Below are positions 12,201 to 22,000 of a stretch of DNA of 64,000 nt, piece by piece. The translations under genes and the position numbers were made by a program. The notes beneath the pieces were generated by a model. That model saw only the letters and a program-made list of their open reading frames with translations. It made no database searches and was not told where the DNA came from. Each line of letters starts with the position of its first letter. Position 1 is the stretch's first letter. The stretch comes from Styela clava (taxonomy: Eukaryota). The stretch is from NCBI RefSeq assembly GCF_964204865.1, contig NC_135257.1, positions 5,580,001-5,644,000 on the forward strand, written 5' to 3'.

Positions 12201-13127
12201 AATAAGCCTTAACCGCTCAGCCGTCACTGCGTTACGGTATGTGAACCCCCCCAACGATGGCGATGAGTCCAACCCGAATCGTATTCCTACTTCAGTACGG
12301 TACGGTACCGTACTGTCCTAACGCTTCTGAAACAAATGTTCTAAATCAAGTTTTTTTGGCCTGTCGGTATGGTACCGGTGGTTAAAATACGGTAACCTGT
12401 TAGCTTGTCTTCAGTATATGGTATCCAGCTGTACAGGTATAGATGCGTTAAACCTTCAACGCTTCCAGTATCCACGGTTACATTACCGCCTCCGTTGACG
12501 CGCATATTTGACGTACTGAAGCAATGTTGGCCGAATGTCATGGTAAAGCGAGAGTGACGTCAGTGGAAACACCACGCCCATTAAAATTTCGATGAACGAT
12601 TATAAAAAATCTCGACCGTGTTTATAGTGATAAAAGTATCGAAAACTATCTTAAAAATATTTTATCTTCGAAACTGCCCACGTCCATACTAAGATATTGC
12701 TAGAAAATCCCAAAAAATGCAAATTTCTGCTCTGGTGATCACATTTCCCATAAGAGCTAATGTTAAAAAAAAAATTTTTACGTCACTTTTTTTTTTGCGC
12801 GTAGGATGGATTTTAAATGAATAAGGTCTATTGGACGACTTACATTATCTCCTGCTGTGTCGACCATCATGAAAAGCCGTTTAGGTAAAATCAAATAATC
12901 GAGTTTTTCGTCGTGTTGTTTGCGTCAGTGGAATAAGAAACAACGGATCAGTAAAATGCATTCAAAATAACTATATAAAAACTATGCTTTTCTTTCAGTA
13001 CGCAGGAGGATGTCCACCAAATCACTTTAAGTGCAACAATACACAATGCAGACCGGACAAATGGAAATGCGACGGAATTGATGATTGTGGGGATAAATCG
13101 GACGAAATTGATTGCCCATACATATAA
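283..13127 (+). CDS. Secreted LDL-receptor class A (LDLa) repeat protein, ~300 aa, 8 coding exons
   Basis: GT-AG exons join in frame: 283-352 ([23 protein letters not shown], signal-peptide-like), 915-1039, 1602-1712 (alternative donor after 1721), 2013-2135, 2617-2727, 2977-3108, 3317-3418, 12999-13127 (TAA). Exons 2-8 each encode one Cys-rich module such as [30 protein letters not shown], with the acidic DCxDGSDE tail; the first module is partial. No TM segment before the stop. Confidence 0.85.
4232..4533 (+). repeat. Left terminal inverted repeat (302 bp)
   Basis: Reverse complement of 12528-12829, including matching 10-nt homopolymer runs. Confidence 0.95.
5116..6636 (+). CDS. THAP-domain Harbinger/ISL2EU-type DDE transposase (506 aa, intronless)
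   Basis: N-terminal THAP (CCVIKC...PFP...W...VCSIHF), EHNY plus coiled coil, HTH ([33 protein letters not shown]) and DDE_Tnp_4-type catalytic motifs ILDCTE, MADRGF and [17 protein letters not shown]. Confidence 0.93.
   Translation: MSGRVCCVIKCTNHAYKLQKWKSSHCPIHNVSKGEEGCICTPPFEHHPFPTELKDPEGRQNWIHNMNRKEPGSSKCVLNWQPTKYSRVCSIHFVDGRPTSSNPYPTLCMGYETSIVSNKRCLPSYRASYAPKCKKRRTEVLAVPTNLNFEHNYCLNADMGKLAQVIKSLKIENAKLRGNNRNLRSEVAKLKCSFRKVNALPPLHTDKSVAFYTGFPSKKVLDKVTNLLRSKAPRTNFLKGNAPRKRIISSKILMSTRMHKLSFSQQLIMTLMRLRLGLLITDLAERFHVSQATASRVIGNMLKFLSHQMKSLINNPSRYHIMNLPRKFRIRPYNKVRWILDCTELFIATPKDLHMQCITWSDYKHHNTAKYLLSVHPNGMINFLSRGWGGRASDNHIVKNSGFLNLLEPGDMVMADRGFLIRDELLIRQADLLIPPGKQGKEQMPLSDVTATKNIANRRIVVEQAIGRLKKFKILQSEIPIRLLPQLDNIMVICAGISNMKPPFYS
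6728..7168. mobile_element. Decayed palindromic MITE (Tc1/mariner-like TA-CAGGGTG end) nested in the transposon
   Basis: GTGTCTCAAAAGTAAGT at the left matches ACTTACTTTTGAGACAC at the right. The arms (~6728-6875 and ~6989-7168) are imperfect reverse complements. The right terminus is degraded. Confidence 0.7.
7182..7692. repeat. Tandem array of ~93-bp units, ~5.5 copies, with an alternating (dimeric ~187 bp) pattern
   Basis: GCAAAAACT recurs at 7187, 7281, 7374, 7468, 7553 and 7649. The core CTGATTT.AATAAGTTTA.TTCTTGATATTTCTATTTTTGAGC is in each full unit. Confidence 0.95.
8430..8591. repeat. Long inverted repeat / hairpin
   Basis: Inner arms 8480-8514 and 8525-8559 (33/35 Watson-Crick); outer arms 8430-8458 and 8563-8591 (27/29). 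Confidence 0.9.
9308..11644 (-). CDS. SAP-like / SWIM zinc finger / YqaJ (lambda-exonuclease fold, PD-(D/E)XK) protein, 550 aa, 3 exons
   Basis: Exons 11644-11067, 10665-10493 and 10209-9308 have GT-AG borders and total 1653 nt in frame. Splicing creates the SWIM motif CSCTAG|IHQTCNH followed by CTSLPCTW. The N-terminus [24 protein letters not shown] is SAP-like. The C-terminus has RLTASNF, ECGL, LGASPD, LEIKCP and YYFQVQGQM. Minus-strand AATAAA at 9276-9281. Confidence 0.9.
10940..11036. mobile_element. Internally deleted copy of the GGGTACTCC MITE family in intron 1 of the YqaJ gene
   Basis: GGTGCTCCTGAAGTATGTGTACC...TTGTTCGCCTATTTTACAT...CCTAACCTGGTACTCATACTTTGGGGGTACCC matches copies at 34395 and 61808. 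Confidence 0.7.
11704..11914 (+). mobile_element. SINE 3' portion (same family as 39351-39664), nested in the transposon
   Basis: CAAGTCCATGCTTCCGAAAACAAATAACTGGCTAAC...GGGATAAATATGTAAATCCTAT is the reverse complement of the 39.3-40.8 kb copies. Confidence 0.8.
12058..12270 (-). mobile_element. SINE 3' portion in the opposite orientation, nested in the transposon
   Basis: ATAGGATTTACATATATATCCCGAG...AAGCATGGACTTGATGATGG matches the sequence from 39351. Confidence 0.75.
12528..12829 (-). repeat. Right terminal inverted repeat (302 bp)
   Basis: Reverse complement of 4232-4533. Confidence 0.95.
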
Positions 13128-13677
13128 ACAATGATGATCAATCCCCGAATATCGTTGTTGATGCTAAAAAAGCTATATTCATGTAGATTTTCATACGACA
13201 TTTTCATTGTATGTATATACTTATAACCCCATAATTGGTATTTAGTTGAACTACCTTGTTTCCCCGAAAATAAGACATAGCCTGAACTTCAAAAATGATT
13301 TTATTATAATCTCTCCTCCTAATATGAGACCTAGTCAAGAGGGCAAGTTTTTATTTTCGACCTAGTCGATAACAAGAACTCGTTTTCTACTTGTTTTGAT
13401 TGATTAATAATCTATGTTTAGCAGTTATTTTAAATAAAAGCGCATTATTTATAGGAAAATGGATATCGGTTTTGTATAATTGAAAATCTCGTAATTCTCT
13501 ACTTTGTAATTTCGATTTTGATAAATGAAAGTAAACGACATCAAAATGGATGCGGTACGTTTAAAAACTTCATTATAATGATGACATATTTTCAATCATT
13601 CATTGGCAGAAACGTGATAAACAGATGGCGTTGTTTTCGGGTGAGTTCCATGGCTTAAAGAACGGCCTTGAAAATAT

Positions 13678-13993
13678 ACAAATATAAAAACTGGGAAATC
13701 CGACAGAATGAATTCAGTTTTATTTCAAATAACAGTGTTGAATTTGATATTTCCGAGTTCATGAGCAGACGAATTGATAATATAAAAGGTATATAGGAAA
13801 CAATATGACAATACTTCAACAAAATAATAAGTTGACGAAATAGGCTGAAGAAATAGAAAAACTGTAAAAGCCGACAGACTGAATTTAGTTTTGTTTCAAA
13901 CAGTGTTAAAAGTGACATTTCCGAGTTCATAGGCAGACGAATTAATACAAAAGGTATATATATAGACAACAACATGACAATATTTTAACAAAA
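13678..13993. repeat. Diverged tandem duplication, period ~170 bp
   Basis: CCGACAGA.TGAATT.AGTTTT.TTTCAAA...ATTTCCGAGTTCAT..GCAGACGAATT...ATGACAATA occurs twice. Confidence 0.85.
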
Positions 13994-14338
13994 AGTGTTG
14001 ATGAATGCACAGCATACAAGAAAGTTAATGGATCGGACGTTTTGACTATAATCATAATAATAATTACGATTTTGGGTATCTTACGAATGAGAGTATTTAA
14101 AAAAGAGGAATCACTTTAAAATTATTGCTGGTCAAAATTAATGCCACCTATTTTTACTGCACGATCCCATTCTACTGAAACGCTAAATATTTATTAGGTA
14201 TCAATTGGAATATTGTTAGAAATTAAACACAAGAGAATCAAACACATAACATAGTATTACTTTCTTCATTCACAAGCGTTAATAACTTAAGACAATATCA
14301 TTACAGCACAAATGTTAAACCTATATATTAAACATGAA

Positions 14339-16030
14339 TCATGATTCGCTGTTGGTGTTTTCATCTAATTCGTCATTCTTCGATAGTTGTTTAAGATCGT
14401 TAGATTCTGTGCTCCGGCATTTTATCCAACAATGTTGCAGTTTCGAGCAAACATTTTCGAACCAGTGGGGCTGAAAACGGTTTGGGTTTCGTTGGCTGAA
14501 ATGATATCCATACACAAAGTAGATGACCAGACCTAATAAGAACAAATTTTGTTTGTTAACAAAAATGTTAATTTGCTTGTGATACCAATGAATAGCATTC
14601 CATTCAAACATTTATAAATAAAGATTTAGATTTTAGATTATGACAGAAATTCACGTACGTGTAGGATCATTTGACGGATAGGCTGATTGGCATTGCGTGA
14701 TTAACAAACATTAAAAAAAATGACTTCGGCCCAACATGCTAAACTTTTGTTTTTGCCAAGTCGACTTCACCGAATCGAAGTATCAAACCGGGTCGATTGA
14801 TCTGCCCTTTTGTTCTTTAGGTCGAGTCAGTGTTGCGTACCATCTGGTTAAAATTCAAGGGGGCGGGGCCTTGTGATTCAGATCACTAAACTCCATGCAA
14901 ATTATTGATGAAATGGTGTCGACAGTGGCAATTAAAGCAAAAGAAAATTATAAATAACTCACCAACCGACACCCATATAATAAGTCGAATCCAAGTCAAA
15001 TACTGAAGTTTAATCATGAAGAATAAATTTGTACAAATACAGAGATACGGAAGAAATGGAACTAGTGGCACCTGCGTAAATGTAAAATACAGAATGTCCA
15101 TATTTGCAATATTCATTAGAATATATGTGTGTAAACATGAAAAAATGATAAAGGGCAATTCAGTTCTGGTGATATGCAAGTCACATGTGAACTATGTCAC
15201 AACGACCTTTTGCTGTTTTCGCGATGTGGAGTACAAACATTAATATATTATTTACTATATTATTAAATTTATTATGTTGAGGGGAAAATTTGAAAAGGAA
15301 CAATATGAAGAAGGAACTTACTCGAAAATTCTTTTCCTGTGATGCGTCGTCTTCGTGTTGTTGATGAGCAGCGATTAATAGAAGAGAAGCAATAGTTATC
15401 AACGTGAAGATGACAAAAAGCAAAACCACCCACCACGAGCCGATGATAAATTTTTCCCAAGTATACGACAACAAGAGCATCCCCGATAAACTAGAACAAA
15501 CAGACACTAATAGCGCAAATACCACCACTTTTCCAGGCTTATATCGTCCAAAATGTAGGTCTAAGAAAGTTCCACAAAATTTGGATTTTAACATCCCGGC
15601 TTTATTTTTTCCGCTAGGCTGGGTGTTCTCGGAACTGGTTGTTGAATTGTTATCGGATTTGCTTCTCGCTGGTAATTCTTGTTTTGTAGAGTCGTCTCCA
15701 TTGTGAATTGTTTTTTGATAAACCAATCTAGAAGTTTCACTTTGCTTTGGTTTTGTTGCTGGTTGTGCACCGGATGAATCCAGTCCTGTTTAAAAATGTT
15801 GATAATTACTAAAACGAGAATATCGGTCGGAGACCAAAGACTTATCGATCGAAACTGCGGTTTCGATTCATGACTCTATAGTGACACTGCGTGTCCCATC
15901 ACTAATTAATTAATAACTCTCTAATTATACGACCTAATTCCGAGATATGATGAATGCACATGCAAAATTTGGAGCAGATTCAACCTCGCCTTCGTGAGAT
16001 ATCGCGTTCATCTAACAGACAAACAAACAA

Positions 16031-16075
<45 letters not shown>

Positions 16076-19000
16076 TACTATTAACATACTTACCGATCTT
16101 AAGATCGATAAGTGATAACTAAATTACTTTATAGCAATATGATGAATCGCTGATGAAGTTCTCGGTCTGATCTGGATGAGTTTTTGAAGGCTAAGTAGTA
16201 CAGACTTATAATAAAATAAGTAAAGTGCATTTGTCAGAAAAATACCTTACCATTGTTTTTAGAGTCATTATGTGAAACTGCTGAAACGTTATTTTCCTCT
16301 TTGATCGAAGGTTTTTCCGACTCGCTTGGTGCTGTTATGGATTGGATTTTGCCTAATAGGAAAGAAGACGTTGCTTTATAATACTGCTTTATTTACTCAA
16401 ACCTACTGTGACCTCGACCATACGATTAAATGGCACTCCAGAAGTATGTGCACCAAGATGGCGCACAGCCTGATGACCCTAACCTGGTACACATACTATT
16501 TTCAGCTTGTGCGCATTCTTGATGAACATCTTTGGGGGCACCGTTCAAGTAACTGGTCAATGCGTAATTACAAGCTTCAAGCCACCAAGCTTACTCACCT
16601 TGTTCGGTATCAGTGGAGGGGCTATCGTCTAAAGTAGTATATCCTCCACTCATTTGTCCATGAGAAGAATATCGAAGTATGATGACACATGCAGCAACAA
16701 ACGAATATGCAGTCAAGGTACCGATTGACATAAACTGAACGAGAGTTTCCAGGTCAAATAACAACGCCATAAGCCCACTTAACGCACCAGAAAACATCAC
16801 GGAATACACGGGAACCTAAGTGTTAATAGTTTTAATTAATATAGTAAATTAATTTATATTGCTCTGTCATTGTGATGGTATAGTAGTAACCATATTCAAA
16901 ATAGTTTGCTTTTAAGTCACTGAGCAATATATTTACCAGGAATCAGAATCTAAAAGCCTTCAAGTCTTATGGTTCTCCTTTATAAGCCACTTTTAAGATA
17001 CAAACAGGAATATTTATGTAGAGTAGTGCCCATCATTTCAGAGTATACCAGTATACCACAATGTGGTGAGTTTACACTTTTGCTGTTAATATACCTGATT
17101 CCTCTCATGAATAGATGATAATAGTGGACACAGCAATCCATCTTTCGAAATAGCGTAAAGAATTCTTGGTAATACAAATAATCCTGAAAAATTTGTTAAA
17201 GAGCGTTCGTTATATTCACTTGTATGTAATTATATATCTTTAGTTTGACACTTTTCTTAGGTTAGATCAGGTATTTAATTATAATTCACTGAAAAGTATT
17301 ATTGGTGAGGCGAAGAGACAGCCAGTCAAGCTGTTTTTTTTTTTTCTGACGAAATTGCAGGCAAAATACCAACCATAATACAATCTAGTCTAGTCAGCAA
17401 TACCTGAAAACATTGCTGTTGTCATTGTGCACAACGCTCCAATAGTGACGATAATTTGAGCCCACTTCCATCCTTCGTGTCTTCCGTATGCATCTGGAAA
17501 CGCTGATTTTGGTACAATTTCATCCCTGTATAACATATGATATGTAGTTGTCATTGTTGTGGTAACTACGGTAGCATTCTAATTTTGGGGCATTGAATAA
17601 ATAATTTTTGGCTAGGTTTGATTCAGTGTCAAAATAATGGGCCTGATGTCAGCTCTAATATTCAAAGAAATACGCTACATGCTTATATGGGTAGTTTGGT
17701 CCCACTGAGAGTTGAGGTCGAGTTCAGTTCGACAGTAAAATCCCCTTTTGCATTGATTTGGAAATCTTTCTCCATTAGGAATCTTTCATCGTGTTTAAGT
17801 TGACGTAATGACAGCAATTGTCAAATCCCATGGAATTATCTATGACAAAAAATCCTCTCAAAATTTTTAACACGATGTAATTGCCAAAATTTACTTTTTG
17901 CAGATTTTGATATTTTACGATGTGATAAGTGGTATTGATTTTTTATGTAATCTTAAATCCCGGATGGCCACTGATTTTCCAGTATTCTTTGATTATGCAT
18001 CTTGCACCTTAATCGATGAAGCACTATAATAACGAAACCCGACCTCCAATATGGATTTTGAGTAAAAAAATAAAATTTAGCATAAAAATGAGATCAAAGG
18101 GGAAAGATAGCCTATTCATATATAGGGTCAAGTAAAACATATTCGCTAGCGTCATGATCGAAACTCGTCTTGCAGTAATGATCATCATCACCCCATATTT
18201 GCTAGGCATAGGAACTTAATTTCCACGCTTTTTATTGAATTAAAATCCTCATCGTTTCACTTACCATGGAACCATTAACGTTAACATTGACGAAATCCCA
18301 AAATAGGCGATCGTTACTATGATTAGACTGACGCCGAGAGCGATCGGAATATCACGTCGAGGATTTCTCGCTTCTTCGCAAGATGACGCAACAACGTCAA
18401 ATCTGTGAGAACGTAAAATTAGTATGCTAAGTCGAGTTATATTACTCTGCTTGTATGGTCTGATAATTTTCAATCCACGGCCGGCGATGTTTGATAAATA
18501 AAATAGGATTGAATCACCTGGCGAAAAATCAATATCTAATTCCATTATCGGACTCTGATGTCAATAAAACAGCGGCTATGAGATAATATGTCTACTGTAA
18601 TATTAATATCATCATGCCATGACAAAGACACGTACTCTTCTTTCTAGAAATTTTTAGCTTAAAACGAGATTATAAGTCAGGAAGACTCGTTTTAAACATA
18701 ACTACGGCAATGTCACCTTTTCATCGATTCTAACCCATTGTCCAAAGAGGCTCTAATTCTCATTCATACATTATTTTAATACAAAGATTTTGATTGGCTT
18801 ACTGTCTAACTAATAGGTAAAATTCATAGCAGGAATATGAACGCATACTTTCAAAAAAATAGAAACGTTAGTGTCTTTCATCTTTTCAAAAATGAGGATT
18901 GTTTACTATAAAAACAAAATCACCGACACCGTAAACTGACCGATAAACCTACCCCGCATAAGCATAAAAACATCTTGAAGCTCCAGCTACAATTCCAGCA

Positions 19001-22000
19001 AATCCAAACGGTGCAAAACCACCGTTTACAGAGGTCCAGTTATGAATGTCTGCAAGGAAGAAGCCTAGAATGTTCAAGAAAAAGTATAATATGTTTATTC
19101 ACGACGGTATTATCAGAATGGCATCAAAAAGCCAGTGATGATCTGCATATCAAGTTATTGGTAAAGGTAAATTTTTACAGGCAATCTGATTCTACAATTC
19201 AGTAGTCATTGGATCTGTGCAAAACATTTCGTTGCAGTTCCAACTGTTAATGTTAAAACTGCGGTATTATATATGTGCAAGTTGTGCATATCATTGTGAA
19301 TTATAGATATGATAGTTCGATTACTCAACTACTAAATTGTTGCTTCGTTTGAAAAACTGGCTGTTGAAATCAAAAATTAATTTTTATAGTCTACACTGAT
19401 TGTTAACCATGCATGCACTGGGCGTAGGATTCGCTATGACGAACACCCTTTGATTTTTGGTTTCCCAATTAGCCCATCTACACGGTCAGCTAAAAAGCGT
19501 AGAAGAAATATTCATTGCGCACTATCGATCGTGAAGTGTTAAATCATTTAAATGCAGAAAGGGGGCATTCCTTTGACTGCAACTGACAAATATTCGCCAA
19601 TTTGTCAAAAATTAAAATCCGGATGAATATTCTAATTGGAATTGATTTGCATTTAATTTTCACCCTAATTCAATTTTATTCGATCAAACAACGTCTGGTT
19701 TTGATTCCTAGAATTCATTTCCCAAAACCGCATAGATGCGGCCACAATGCTCCTTTGTGACTTCACACCAAAATTGTCATCCGTAACCTCATACTTACAA
19801 TAAAATTTCACGGCATCTACGACGGCAGTATTCGACAGTATTTGTACAGACTTAATCTATAGTTCAACACTGAATTTTTTATTATGTGTTTGTGTCTCAG
19901 ACAACGAACTCGAATTTTCATTTTATTCGGTTGTCCTGGTTATAAAACTTCAGAATTGGGATTTGATAACCTGACCAGTGAACTCACTCACTCACATGCT
20001 TGATACAAAATTTTCAAGATCAGTCACACGAAACGTAGCAGATAACGAAGTCATTCATTTCTATTGGAATGGCTGTGACACTAAGTCTACTATAACAACG
20101 CATTCAAATTCACATTCAAATTCTATATCATAGACTTCAAAGTGAAGCGATTTCGGAAGCTTTGAAGGGATGCGGCACAGACAAAATTTATTTTCAATGT
20201 ATTGTTTGATATTTATAATTAGTATGTTTACATTTCGATAAAACGTAGTTTAGTAAAATATTGCCGGTGATCGCTGTGATTTGAATATACGACATCATAG
20301 ATTACCATACTTAATCACATGGCGTGTGTATGACAAATTGGGTATGGATAACGGACCTCAGCATTGCCATACTTCCAATGGTCTTCTATGCAGAATCTCG
20401 TTTGGAAAGCTGGTAATTACACAACTCTCACAAGTATCGACAGTAAAGGACGGTAATTAATAATTATAATAGGGAATTTTGTATTTGAATTATAGTTATT
20501 GACAGAATGTACAGAGCATTCAAGACACCTGTTTAAAGAATGGCAAATAGAGAGTGACCCAGTCAATATTTCACCATGGTTTTGTTTGCTTCAAAATGAC
20601 TCGATGACTGAAAATCGAAATGAAAGCCATGCCTTGGCTTCTACTGTATTTACATTTTACCGTAAACAAAGAAAACCAGCGTCGAGAAATCAATACCGTG
20701 AGATGTGCGAAATTTCCAAAAACATGTTATTGACATTTCCATTGGATAATTGAATCCAAACTCAAGATTGATCGAGTATGATACAAATTACAGTTTATGA
20801 ATAAAATAATAGCTTGCCTGTTATTATAATAAATCCCACGACTGCTACATTGATCAATGCGAACGTGATGTTAAATTTGTTCGATGAATTGACTCCACAT
20901 GCCACCAACACACATAACAAGACAATTATTCCCAATGCCAGAAAATCTGGATACGAAGCCAGAATGACGCCATCACCCATCGTAACATGATGTTGAAAAT
21001 ATGTCTAAAATAAATAAAAATTTGACAAAATAGATTTTCTCTTCGACTTGTGACAATGTCCTACTTGAGTAATTTTTCATTAAATCTCAGTTTTTTCAAG
21101 GTTTGTCATAAACACGTTTTCTATGGCATTGGAAACCAATCTTTTTACATCCTTACCAATTCCGCTTCCTTGGCCTAAATTTATCTCTGATGGATTTCGT
21201 GTCAATATAAGTCATATTAACCTTTTTGTTACTCTCTCTATAACTGACATTATTGTACAAAATATTCAGTCGAAATAAGTTTGTTTCAATTCAAGATTGC
21301 ATTACTCTTTTTCATTTCAGATTTTCATTTGCGTGAAACTGCCTGATATCTCCATCATCGTACACTACACTAAACTATACACAAATCAAAACACCAATAT
21401 TATCAGAAAAATTAATTTTTTTGATGTCGACTTCGATGGGTAATTAGATCTTTGAATTGGATCTTTGCTAGTAAATTCTGCACGTTTTCGATACTTAATG
21501 CAATTGAATTTATCCACTTTGTTTACGAATTTCAAAATTTTGTAGATTGAACAGTTGTAGATAGCGCAAACATAAAAAAGGATGTCAACAGAAACATTAA
21601 ATGTTGGTGGGCCGAATCATCAAGTATCATTGAGATACGCTTTTGAGTTAAGATTTCGATTTCAGGGCGCAATCCTATATAAATTGTGTTTCAAGTGTCC
21701 AATAAATAGAGAGCGTAAACTAGTTTTGAAAAACATCGAATTCTTTACGCTTCAGCAGGATGGGCTGACCCTTCATTTCATATCCACATCATCATGATTA
21801 TTGGGCGAACGTATTGTTTACCACTTTGCGCTGCAATAAACTTAACTAATGTTTTGTACATATACAAGTAACGATATTTGTTAAATTCGGGATGCTAATA
21901 TATATATTTTAAGTAGTGCTATAGAAGCATTAAATGATTGCCCAAATCGATTACCTTCATAGGATAACCCATCACAGAATCAAGATATCCGCTCCAAGCT

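Larger units (their letters stand above)
4232..12829 (+). mobile_element. Autonomous ISL2EU/IS4EU-type (PIF/Harbinger-related) DNA transposon, 8598 bp
   Basis: TIRs at 4232-4533 and 12528-12829 (AGACCTTATTCATTTAAAATCC...), about 9 mismatches in 302 bp by eye. AT flanks both ends (4230-4231, 12830-12831), and the empty site reconstructs to CAATTG. Encodes a THAP-DDE transposase and a YqaJ exonuclease, the gene pair and TSD characteristic of ISL2EU. Confidence 0.92.
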
